Assembly (NCBI RefSeq): GCF_001194135.2
Contig: NC_068982.1
Location: forward strand, 60,110,876 to 60,174,875
Reading direction: 5' to 3'
Length of the DNA stretch: 64,000 nucleotides
From: Octopus bimaculoides
Taxonomy: Eukaryota
Numbering within the stretch: position 1 is the stretch's first letter; each line of letters begins with the position of its first letter. Below, in pieces: positions 14,084-24,882 of this stretch. The position numbers and the translations under genes were made by a program. The notes under the pieces were generated by a model, which ran no database searches, was not told the origin of the DNA, and saw only the letters and a program-made list of their open reading frames with translations.

Positions 14084-14356
14084 TGTGGGGATGAGCCGGA
14101 AGAAGAGAGTTATGACGTCAATGGTCAAGGGACTGACAGGAAGAGGAAGTGCAGGGGGCGACAGGACAGGGTCGTCCTCTTTTGGTCAGCTGAGGTATTG
14201 CAAATGGACGTCAGGGAATTCACTCTCGGGCTGGTGAGATAACAGCTGCTTATATTGGGTGATGGGTAGGGCAGGATCACCGGAGTGACTACTACAAGAC
14301 TGACGCAGACAAGAGAGGAAGGTAGGTGAACCTCTTTTCATCTCCCATGCACGACA
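14084..14356 (+). mobile_element. Ty3/Gypsy 5' LTR (family 1)
   Basis: TGTGGGG...ACGACA termini, directly upstream of gag. Confidence 0.75.
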
Positions 14357-14375
14357 AGTTATTTCAGCAATTTCG

Positions 14376-15195
14376 TTGTCCCCTTGTGTAGTAGCCTGGA
14401 TTCGAAAGGTCAAAGTTGTAGCCAGGCTACAAGGCATTGAAGTTGTAGTGAGCCTCATGGCCCTGTATTTGGAGGGGAGTGTGCTAGCACTGTACCTCGA
14501 AATGGATGAAGAACAACTGAGTGTGGTGAAGATTGAACAGCACTTGAGAGAGGCTTACACAGATGGAGAATACGCTGCTTTTGCTAAGCTGGCAACAATC
14601 AGATGGGGAGGGGAACAGATTGATGAATATGCTGTGGAGATATGGACGTTGGTTGTCTGCTCTTATCGGTGAGGGACTTCAGAAAGTAGCACGACTGGCT
14701 TTTGTGAATGGCTTTCCTGACAACATGTCAGTGCAACTACAACAGTTGCCAGGTGACAACAAAATGACGATGAGCAAGCTTATCATTCAAGCCCACGTGT
14801 TGACACAATACACCGGGCAGAATGCAGTGGTGATGGTGGCTGCAGAAGCCCACAAATCTGCATGACAGCCAGTGAAGGACGAAAAGAGGCCTGCTGTGGA
14901 ATGACAGTGGCCATTCATAGGCTGGTGTTTTAAGTGCCAAGGACAGCACATGACGAGGGACTGTGCAGAGCTCGGACCGGTTTGCTACCGGTACAAACAG
15001 ACTGGGAATATTGCCCAAATTGTAACCAGGGAAAAGGCCACGGGGAAGTTGTTGCCCCTCAAACTTCACCCACAAATGAGGCGTTGGTGAAGTTACTGCC
15101 CGTGGTTGAGGTCATGGTCAGGGGAAACACGTTCAAGGCCCTCATGGACATGGGCTGCATGACAACTCTCATGACTCTGAGGGTGACAAAGAAAT
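14376..15195 (+). pseudogene. gag: Gypsy gag plus start of aspartic protease, frameshifted
   Basis: VVAWIRKVKVVARLQ...LYLEG...ARLAFVNGFPD gag motifs; knuckle CFKCQGQHMTRDC; protease-like KALMDMGC (ALVDTGC type). Confidence 0.85.
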
Positions 15196-15312
15196 AAAAG
15201 AGGACAACCCTGTCCTATCCCCCCTTACGCTTCCCCTCTCATGCTTCCTCTTCCAGTCAGTCCCTTGACCATTAACATCATGGCCCTCTTCTTCCAGCTC
15301 TTCCCCACAACA
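15196..15312 (-). mobile_element. Inverted copy of the first ~100 bp of the family 1 LTR
   Basis: AAAAGAGGACAACCCTGTCC...CCCCACAACA is the reverse complement of 14084-14183 with a ~17-bp insertion. Confidence 0.9.
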
Positions 15313-16519
15313 TATTTATTTTAAAAAAAGCATTATTTTCAATTTTCAAAAGAGTGAGGAAACTTATTGTCCTAAAATATGACACAGTATAACAGTAATC
15401 CTGTTTAATTATCAGGACATACTTGGTCCAATTGTCCAGGTGGTTTGGGAAGTAGAGGTATGAACTGAACAATAGGACAAGTATATCTGTTACCTTGGAA
15501 GCCCAGCACCATGACATTTCAGGGATTTCAGGAGATTAGTGGTTGCATCAATGGGATTTAATGAATGTATTGCCAAGATAGGTGATGGCTGTTATAAGGA
15601 AGTGAGAGATGTGAGGAAGGAATAAAGAGTAGAGAGAAAATGTGTACTTTAAGAAGCTTAAGTAACTTCAGTTGATCCATGTTGTTAGCTGTTTTATATT
15701 AATGTTTAAGTGACTTTTGAGTAGCTCATATTACTCCAAATATAAGGATCTACTAATTAAAATGTAGAGACTGTAAAAATAGAATATGTAAGATTGACAG
15801 TCTGTTTAATGCAAACTGTTTGGTTTATTCTTCGTTAAAGAGACTTTATATACTATAAACTATATAGGATAACATAAGGAAAAAATCCTCAAGGAGTTGG
15901 GATTTGTTTTTTTTTTGGGGTTTTCTTTTTTGTTGCTGAAAGAAAATAAAAACACCTGGTGATAATTACTATTAACTCTCAAATGAAAGAGGGAAATAAT
16001 TTCAAGAAAATAGGAATTGTTTGTCACCAAGCAGGGTGACAACTACAGACTCAAGCAAGTTTGAGAAGACTATACTTTGCAGAAAAGGACAAAATAAGAT
16101 TGAAACATGCTTATAGCTATCTTACTGTAACTGAATTTCCCAGCCAAAAGCCTTAAAACTGGCAACAATATTTCCCCTCTATTTCAAGCAAACAAAATAA
16201 GTCTTTCCCCAGAATGTTGAAAATGTATGGAAAAATAATTAGAAGTCATACCAAGTATAGAAAAGTAGAATGCTTTTGTCATCATAGATAAAACCTAAAC
16301 AGCTAGTCTGTCAAAAGGTGATTCAGTTAGCCTTTAACTCCAATTATTACAGTAATATTTTGTTTCTGCTATATTAGCGATTACTAGCACTGGGAGCCAA
16401 TGTAATCAACCTACCCTCTCTCCTTAAATTGCTGGCCTTGTGCCGAAATTTGAAACCATTCTTCTTCTTATTATTATTATTATTATTATCATTATTATTA
16501 TTATTTAGACAGTGAACAG

Positions 16520-16730
16520 GCTGAATTGTTAGCACATCAGACAAAATGCACAGTGGCATTTCATCTGTCATTACATTCTGAGTCCAAATTCCACTGAGGT
16601 CAACTTTGCCTTTTATCCTTTCAGGATCAGTAGAATAAATATCAGTCGAGCACTGCGATCAATGTAATCAACTTGCCACTTCCCTCAACTTTCAGGCCTT
16701 GTGCCTTGAGTAGAAAGGGTATCATTATTA
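16520..16730 (+). mobile_element. SINE family B
   Basis: ACATTCTGAGTCCAAATTCCACTGAGGTCAACTTTGCCTTTTATCCTTTC core, tail GGCCTTGTGCC...ATTATTA. Confidence 0.85.
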
Positions 16731-17068
16731 TTATATTCTGTTCTTTATACCTTTCATATTTCCAAATAATGACTACCAATCAAGGCACCTCTACATGGCT
16801 ATATAAATAACAGCCAAATAATTCTCCAGTTACACTCTGCAGTTGTCTCTCAAAGTCGAAGATGACTTCACAGGATGGGTATCTAACACAATTCCACTAA
16901 TTGTATTAGTTACCCATGAAATCGCAAGCAGCCATATACATCCTCTGGAAGCCTCTCACCCTTAACAAAGCAAAACATTCAGGTTGTAATGCTGATAAGA
17001 GTACTCTTTTTAAATGATACAAGCACAGAACTCTCACAAGCCAATCCTCTTGACCAGGGAGAATGGCT

Positions 17069-17215
17069 TTAACACTTCTGCTGCAGAGGACGGCTCTTTT
17101 TGAGTACAACAAGGCACCAGATATCTTGGTCCTTTGTCATTTTGTCTGAAAAGTTCAGTGTTCTGAGGTCATACTTCAGCACTTCGTCCCGTATCTTCCT
17201 ATATGTGTTTGTCTC
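17069..17215 (-). pseudogene. RTE-clade LINE ORF2 C-terminus
   Basis: TYRKIRDEVLKYDLRTLNFSDKMTKDQDIWCLVVLKKSRPLQQKC* resembles RTE termini (GRP.KTW.EV..D...MT.DR..W). Confidence 0.65.
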
Positions 17216-17219
17216 TTAC

Positions 17220-17548
17220 CACTGGATAAGGGTGATAGTTTGTTTATGTCGTTTTAATTGAACAGTTCAGCCAAACAGTTTGGCAGAATAAGTACTAGAC
17301 TTTACAAAAAATAAGTACTGGGGATCAGAAGTTATTCAAACAAAGCCTTGCACAGCAAGAGATTAGTTGAATAAATGTTTGTGTTGTATTTGTCCCACAT
17401 CACTACTTGATAACTGGTGTTGGTTTGTTGACATTCTTTCAACTTAGCAGTTCAGCAAAAGAGTCTGGTAGAATAAGTACCAGACTTTAAAAAAGCTAAC
17501 CCATTCAAGGCGTCGCTCCAGCATGGCAGCCTCTGATGACTGAAAGAA
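17220..17548 (+). mobile_element. Two tandem 3' halves of SINE family A
   Basis: Repeated GCAGAATAAGTACTAGACTT / TAGAATAAGTACCAGACTT blocks and CTCCAGCATGGC tail. Confidence 0.7.
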
Positions 17549-18435
17549 GAGGAGGAGAAAAAAAGAAAGTAATATGCTAAAATATTATTTCAAACATCTC
17601 AAAGCTTTGTGAGACCACTACTGTGATGCTTCCAAAAAAAGCCGTTGAAAGACAGTTTATAGCATAGACTCCATCTAAGAATATCTGAAGAGGGAATTGT
17701 ATTCCGAAATATCATCGAACTATAGATAACTAAATTACAACAGGTATATAGTCCATTTTTTGTATTATAGTGCATTGTTGTACCATTCAAAACTTCTTAT
17801 TCTTAAACAATACACAATGCTTCAAGTGAACTACAATACTCTCCTATCTTAAAGTATATAATTTCATATATACAAAACAGGGTGGGGGCTGCTCAAGTGA
17901 GATATAGTCATAAACATTTAATAAATATGAAAGTCTCTACAAAAATTTATTCTGTAAGTAATAATTAGTTTGATTACAAATAAATACAAGTACCCAATTT
18001 ATAAAAATGAAAATGAAAAAATTAAAAAATTAACTGGATTTAATCCATAAAGAATCTATTACTTTAATGAGACAAATTCTGGAACATCACATATATCGCT
18101 AGAGTAATCCTCTCAAAGAGATTAATAACAATTTAGTATCATTCGTTTATGTTGATTACCCTGTTGGCAATATCATCCATTAATCTTTTGCTTAAAATTC
18201 AGTATGTCCTCGATGTGGTCACTTACATTTCTAAAATGTAGCCAAAACAAACAATATTGACATGTACAAGTATATTTGCATAATAGATACATACAGTGCT
18301 AATGAATGCAGAAGAAATTTCACATCTATGTTTACAGCTGCAAGTTTCTAATTAACTTCAGATTATTCTAGTGAAATGTCACAAGTTAGTGGCTGCTGAC
18401 AGTTTTTAAGCTTTATTATGGCATATTAATGATAA

Positions 18436-20064
18436 TAATAATCCTTTCTACTAAAAGCACAAGACCTGGAATTTTGGCTCAGAGGACTAGTCGATTACAT
18501 CAACACCAGTGTTTCACTGGTACTTAATTTATCAACCTCAGCAGAATTTGAACTCAGAACGTAAAGATACAGGAGTGGCTATGTGGTAAGTAGCTTGCTT
18601 ACCAGCCACATGGTTCCTGGTTCAGTCTCACTGCGTGGCACCTTGGGCAAGTGTCTTCTACTATAGCCTCGGGCCGACCAAAGCCTTGTGAGTGGATTTG
18701 GTAGACGGAAACTGAAAGAAGNNNNNNNNNNGTGTCTTCTACTATAGCCTCGGGCCGACCAAAGCCTTGTGAGTGGATTTGGTAGACGGAAACTGAAAGA
18801 AGCCCGTCGTATATATGTATAGATATATATATATATGTATGTGTGTTTGTCCCCTCCACCATCGCTTGACAACCGATGCTGCTGTGTTTACGACCCCGTA
18901 ACTTCGTGGTTCAACAAAAAGAGATCGATAGAATAAGTACTAGGCTTACAAAGAATAAGTCCTGGAGTCGATTAGCAGCTCGACTAAAGGCTGTGCTCCA
19001 GCATGACCACAGTCAAATGACTGAAACAAGTAAAAGAGAGGGAGTATAATAATCCTTTCTACTAAAGGCACAAGACCTGGAATTTTGGCTTAGAGGACTA
19101 GTCGATTTCATCGACCTCAGTGTTTCACTGGTACTTAATTTATCAACCTCAGCAGAATTTGAACTCAGAACGTAAAGACACACAAAATGTAGCTGAAGCA
19201 TTTTGCCCAGTGAGCAAATGATTTTGTCAGCTCGCCATCTTTTTAATGATGATGATAATCCTTTCGACTGGAAGCACAAGGCCTAAAATTTGTGGGGAGG
19301 GGACTAGTTGATTACATCAAGCCCAGTTTTTCACTGGTACTTAATTTATTGACCCCGAAAGGATGAAAGGCAAAGTCAACCTCAGCAGAATTTGAACTCA
19401 GAACATAGTGACAGGAGAAACACCGCTAAGCATTTCGTCCAGCGTGCTAACAATTCTGCCAGCATGCTAACGATTTGCCAGCTTGCCATCTTTTCAATGA
19501 TAATAATAATAATGGTCTCACATTTTGGCACAAGGCCAGCAATTTCAAGGGAGGGGGTAATCGTTTATATAGAACCCCAGTGCTTAACTGATACTTATTT
19601 TGTTGACCTCAAAAAGGATGAAAGAAAAAGTTGACCTCAGCAGAATTTGAACTCAGGACATGAAGACCAATGAAATGATGAAAAGCATTTTGTCCAGCAT
19701 GCTAAAGATTCTGAAATTCTGTGGGGAGGGGGCAAGTCTATTACATCAACTCCCAACACTTCAGTGGTACCTATTATATCAAGCTCGAACGAATGAAGAG
19801 TAAAGTTCATCTCAACAGAATTTGAGCATTGAATGTAAATGCCACTACTTGTTTTGTCTGGCATGCTAATCTGCCAGCTTGCTACCTTGATAACAGTTAG
19901 TAAATTACATTGACCCCCAGTACTTAACAGGTACCTTTTATAGACTCTGAAAGAGTTGAAATACAAAGTCAGCCTGAGCAGAATTTGTGTTCAAAATATA
20001 AAGTTTTGAAAGAAACGCCACTGAGCATTTTGTCTGGTGTACTTATGATTCTGCTTGCTGACAA

Positions 20065-20098
<34 letters not shown>

Positions 20099-20260
20099 TC
20101 TTTCTACTACAGGCAGAGGGCTCAAAATTCATCAATTCCAGAACTCAATTGGTACTTATTTTATCGACCCCAAAAGGATGAAAGGCAAAATCAAACTCAG
20201 TAGGATTTGAACCTCACAACATAAAATCGGATGAAATGCTGCTAAGCATTTTTCTGTGTG
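18436..20260 (-). mobile_element. Head-to-tail array of ~7 family B SINE units, interrupted by a family A copy
   Basis: Recurring AGAATTTGAACTCAG (B-box complement) near 18545, 19155, 19388, 19643, 19818, 19980, 20203, separated by (AAT)n/(GAT)n. Confidence 0.9.
18570..19038 (+). mobile_element. SINE family A, young near-complete copy (contains 10-N gap 18722-18731)
   Basis: A/B-box-like head TGGCTATGTGG...GGTTCAGTCTC, CpGs intact, full tail. Confidence 0.9.
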
Positions 20261-20286
20261 CTTAGATGATAGATGGTGAGGATGTT

Positions 20287-20301
20287 GAGAAGAAGAAGAA
20301 G

Positions 20302-20398
<97 letters not shown>

Positions 20399-20414
20399 GC
20401 AGCAGCAGCAGCAG
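20287..20414. repeat. Compound microsatellite (AAG)4(GAC)18(AAC)14(AGC)5
   Basis: Read directly. Confidence 0.95.
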
Positions 20415-20627
20415 GATAAGTATGCTACTTATTAAAACGATGATTACTCTGATTAAGTTTATTCCCTTCATTTGACTTGATAATACCCACTCACCACTGG
20501 ACAAGTGTCGCCACAATTAGCTAGTGATGTGCACACAGTAGTTATTAACCGAGGCTTAACACAGAGTTTAAGTATGAAATGACTGAAGCTGCAAATAAGC
20601 TTCATATGAGCAACAATCTGCATGTAA

Positions 20628-20664
<37 letters not shown>

Positions 20665-20666
<2 letters not shown>

Positions 20667-20890
20667 CAGTGAGCTGGCAGAAGCATTAGCAAGCCAGGCA
20701 GAATGCTTTGTGGCTTTTTGTCTGTCTTCACATTCTGAATTCAAATTCCACTGAGGTTCGCCTTGCCCTCCATGCTTCTGGGGAGGTGGGGGGGGGTCAA
20801 TAAAATAAGTACTAGTTGAGCACTGGAGTCAATATAATCTACTTACCCTCTCCTCCAAACCTGCTGGCCTTGTGCTAAAATTTGAAATCA
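20665..20890 (+). mobile_element. SINE family B
   Basis: GGCAGTGAGCTGGCAGAAG head, TTCTGAATTCAAATTCC, GTCAATAAAATAAGTACTAGT core. Confidence 0.85.
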
Positions 20891-20899
20891 GATATTATA

Positions 20900-21170
20900 T
20901 ATTGGGTCATCCCATAAAAAATGCATTTTTTTCAATTGCATGAACTAAAAGTCAGAGGGAAATAAAATAAACTACCTGCATCAACTTGCTATAAAAGCAG
21001 GTAGTAATTTTACCTTGTCCTTATTCTTTGTGCAAGTTTTGACACAGGTTCGCTACCAGACTCTGCCCATTTTTTCATGAAATTATTCCTAGCCATTAAT
21101 ATAGATTTTAAATTTTTGAAAAATGTCGAAATTTGAAGAAAAATGTTTTGTGGCTATAACAAACATCTTA
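20900..21170 (+). mobile_element. Tc1/mariner-like 5' end fragment
   Basis: TATTGGGTCATCCCATAAAAAATGC resembles mariner TIRs; no partner TIR found. Confidence 0.4.
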
Positions 21171-21380
21171 TTAGGCCTGGAGTACCTAATGGCCGAATAT
21201 CTGTGTTTTTTGTAAACTGTTAAACTGTTTTCTTCCTTCCTTTTTTACCCCTTTGTGACTTTCCTTTTCTGAACTGTTTACTTTTTTATTCCTTTCTGTA
21301 ACTTTCCTTTTTGAATTTCTTCTTGAACTATTTCTTGTTTTTTTCTTCCTGTTTTATTTCTGAACTATTAAACAAAAAGC

Positions 21381-21815
21381 ATGACTAAGAAAAAGAACAC
21401 GGTTTTGGAGTGGGAATTAAGCCCACCCAAACAGTGGATGAATGAAATAGAGAAGAGGACAGTGGTCTTGCGGACCTATTCGTGGTCATGCAATGCCATT
21501 GCCCTCTTCAAAAAAGAAACAATAGAAAGGGAGCTGGCGGTTTGTCTGCCAGTGAAGAACTTTTTTGTTATGAGGTGAGTCAAATTTGCAACCGTATGGT
21601 TGCTATTTGACTCCCCCAAAGAGGCTGGCATTGCAGCCAGCCAACCACTGCAAGGAGAGGAGATTTTGTTCCTCCCCAGTTACTGTGGGAAAAAAATTGT
21701 GAGAGCTTGGGTATGCGGGCGTCCCCCAGGTACCGAGGCTGGATGGATTACAGATGCCATCCGGCGGGGCTTGGAGGACAGTGGGCCCAGGCTCCTTAAT
21801 GTGCACATCTCACCT
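21381..21815 (+). pseudogene. Probable non-LTR retrotransposon ORF1 N-terminal fragment
   Basis: ORFs 21381..21578 and 21600.. share one frame (one TGA), ~145 codons, LFLPSYCGKKIVRAWVCGRPPG; pyrimidine-rich leader; ends at a SINE A tail. Confidence 0.5.
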
Positions 21816-22224
21816 GCGGTCGATTTGTTCGACTAAAGGCAGTGCTCCAGCATAGCCACAGTCAAATGACTGAAACAAGTAAGTAAAGAATAGATCTTGG
21901 GATATGATGGTGAACATGATTAATTTTGGCTCCTTAGGCCTCATTCCTAGTCAAATAAAGGGTACCATGTAATCTTTAGTTATCTGGTGCATTGGAAGAA
22001 TCATTAGAGCATTGGACAAACATTACTTCCACAATTTACTTTGTATAATACTTTATGTTCTGAGTTCAAATCTTACTATGATGAACTTTGTCTTTCAAGC
22101 CTCCTAGGGTTAGTAAAATGAAATAGCAGCCAAATACAGGAGTCAATAGAATTTCAAACTGTTAAACTAAGGTTTCCAACATTCTAATTCCTAGGTATAT
22201 TGTTGCTGTAAATACATTGTCTTG

Positions 22225-22380
22225 TGCCCGACTCCAGTACACAACTGGTACTTAATTTATCGACCCTGAAAGGATGAAAGGCAAAGCTGACCTTGGCAGA
22301 ATTTGAACTCAGAACATAAAGACAGATGAAATACCGCTAAGCATTTCACCCGGAATGCTAACGTTTCTGCCAGCTCGCAG
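22225..22380 (-). mobile_element. SINE family B
   Basis: CTGGTACTTAATTTATCGACCCTGAAAGGATGAAAGGCAAAG...TTCTGCCAGCTCGC. Confidence 0.9.
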
Positions 22381-23382
22381 AATAAACTAATATCTTGTGG
22401 TTGTTAGTTACATTAAGGGTGGACATCCCAATTGCGGTCGATTTTATTTTTCATTCATGTTTAGTTGATACATAAAAGTATCAGTTAAGTTTACTTGCTG
22501 GAGTCAATATAAGTTCCCATACTCCTCCCCATCCTCCCTCCACAAAAATATGCGGCCTTACGCCAAATGTTGTTGGGTGGGGGGAAAAAAATCATTGTTG
22601 AAAAATGTGTTAAATCTGCCATTACCAAACTCCTGGTTACTTGCCTCGTGTATAAACATCGTTCATAACAGAAACATACTTAACTTTCTGGATTATACTA
22701 GATGATGACATACTCAGAACGGTAAAATTTACTCGATTCCATTCAAACCATTTCAGAGAAAGAGGTGGGGAAGGAGAGAGAGAGAGATAAGGACAGACAG
22801 GCAGACAGATAGACAGACTGAGATTTATATCTAATTGTAGTCACTCAATTCTAATAAAGTCAGTAGCTTAGCCTATAAAGAGACAGGGTAGACAAAGGTA
22901 GGAGAAGAGGAAACAAAACCGCTGGGTAGGCAGGCAGCGTGTAGATTAATAGGGAGGAAAGAAGAGAAAGTAAGGCTAGGGGTAGGTTAATGGTGGGGGT
23001 AGGTACGTTAAACGTCTTCAGAAGCAGCAGAACGGATGTCGTTGTTTTGTTTTTCTGGACGACTTCTCCATATTCAACGCTGAACTTGCGCTCCTGCCAT
23101 TCAACATGGCATGTAAACAAATCATCTTCAAAAAGGAAGTGCGACTGAGAGAAGTCATTCTCCTGATTCTTCTTATATACTTTCTTTCTTTTTTTTTTGT
23201 GATTTAAAATTTTATTTATTTATTTATTTTCTTACTTATTTCACGGAAAAAGGTGGTGGTGAAGGAAGCTTTCTCTCTTAGCATATATGCACGCGCGCGT
23301 GCATGTGTGTTTGAGAATGTTTCTTTTCGCATTTGTCTCTGGGTTCACCGTCAATAGTTCTGTTTCCAGTTTATGCAGGGTG

Positions 23383-23429
<47 letters not shown>

Positions 23430-23870
23430 TGTGCACGTGTTTCGCTTTCTCCATTTCTTATTCTCACTTCCATTTCTATCAGCACCGCCATCACAATCAC
23501 TTTTTTTCGTCCCCATACCTTCACTCCTATCTCTGGCTGTGGTACGTGTCCCATTGCCTTTTTTCCCCTTCTCTCTCTAATATCACACACAAACACACAC
23601 ATGTATATATTATATACTTACAGATTCATCTAAATACGTGGGCATATACATGCTTTTACAAATGTATATATGTAGAAGAGTGTCTGTGTATGCACCCACG
23701 TACATGCGTATGTACTACATATTTAAATACTTGTGCTTGTACAGAGAACACGCACATATTTCTCAGCAGTCACCAACAGCTGTCGGCTTGCTTCATTTAA
23801 GATGTTTTCTACCGGACTGTAAGAAATGTCGACTTCTGCTGGGGTGACAGCGGCTTTGTTATTTCGTTTA

Positions 23871-23891
23871 CACCCTCACTTAGTGAGGGTG
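23871..23891. promoter_or_regulatory. Perfect palindrome, 9-bp arms, 3-nt spacer
   Basis: CACCCTCAC-TTA-GTGAGGGTG; function inferred only. Confidence 0.4.
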
Positions 23892-24008
23892 GTATCTAGC
23901 CAAAATATACTGAATTACCTCAAGACGGGTGACTTGTCTCTGCTGCTGACAAGAACTAAAAGCATTAAATCATTGTCGCTTTTATTCTAGGAATTTTAAC
24001 ATTCTTAC

Positions 24009-24119
24009 CACTGGAATCTTTTCTTCTATGTAAAAACGAGACTTGTCATGGCTCCTCTTCGTCTCACACTTAGATAGGCGGGCTGACGGTTTGTTTGATT
24101 GAGAACGATGACAGCTCAT
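24009..24119 (-). CDS. Candidate first coding exon (MSCHRSQSNKPSARLSKCETKRSHDKSRFYIEEKIPV)
   Basis: GAAAATG context, 37 open codons ending exactly at a strong donor GTG|GTAAGA, at the edge of the CpG-retaining domain. Confidence 0.35.
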
Positions 24120-24229
24120 TTTCAGTGTTGCGTTTGTCACAAGTTAAACTTTTTAATCAAAAGCATTCCAATATATGACCATTATTCGGTTTAAATTCAT
24201 GAATACTCTTTACTATCATACTTGTTTCT

Positions 24230-24252
24230 GTCATTAGTCTGCGACTAATGAC
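24230..24252. promoter_or_regulatory. Perfect palindrome, 10-bp arms, 3-nt spacer
   Basis: GTCATTAGTC-TGC-GACTAATGAC; function inferred only. Confidence 0.4.
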
Positions 24253-24371
24253 TGAGGTACTATATATTCTTTTATTCTTATTTTTACGTCTGGTACTTTT
24301 TCTATCGGTTACTTTCGTCGAAGCTTTAAAGAGGACGTAAACAAACCAACTCAAAACCACGGGCATACACA

Positions 24372-24545
24372 CATTAAATACATACACATACAAAGACTTC
24401 CAGCTTGTGTTAACCAAATCCACTCACAAAGTATGAGTCGGGCCCATTTTAGAAGGCACTTGCCAAATGTGCTGCACTGCAGGTCTGATCTCGAAACCAC
24501 GGGGTTGCGAAGTGAACTTTTTAACCACACAACCATGCCTGCGCT
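24372..24545 (-). mobile_element. SINE family A, 5' half
   Basis: CAAATCCACTCACAAAG...TTTTAACCACACAACCATGCCTGCGC. Confidence 0.8.
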
Positions 24546-24882
24546 TAAAAGTATCCCGAAGGTCTTTCTTTTTTTTCCCCTGCGTCACCCCAGATGATAG
24601 TTTGTTTTGTTTTTTTAATTAAGACCAGCTAGCTGGTATGCTTTTGATTATAGTTCTATTTAGATCAGAACTGACCAGAGGCAACACCAGCAAGAATAAC
24701 AGTTCTGTCTATTAACATCGCTTGGCATTCATCACCCGTGCAATTAAAAACAGGCCTGCAAATAAATTAGCCAACATTTGTTGCTATGAGAGGAGCGAAA
24801 ACTGGATGAAAAAAATCCATCCTTTGGTGTTTGTCTTCACAAAAGAATAAGACAATGACTGGTACCAAACTCCATAGGATCT

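Noticed and set aside
18227-18230. 4-nt microexon (TTTTAG-AAAT-GTAAGT, minus)
   Set aside because: Frame-shifting length; the longer 71-nt alternative has stops in all frames; expected by chance
18643-18801. Exact ~80-bp duplication either side of the 10-N gap
   Set aside because: Identical copies abutting a gap; contig-overlap artefact
18436-20260. CRISPR-like periodic array
   Set aside because: Units are ~200-bp diverged SINEs with Pol III boxes; no short repeat-spacer structure and no cas genes; eukaryotic context
20266-20475. Poly-D/N/S protein
   Set aside because: Compound microsatellite without splice or start context
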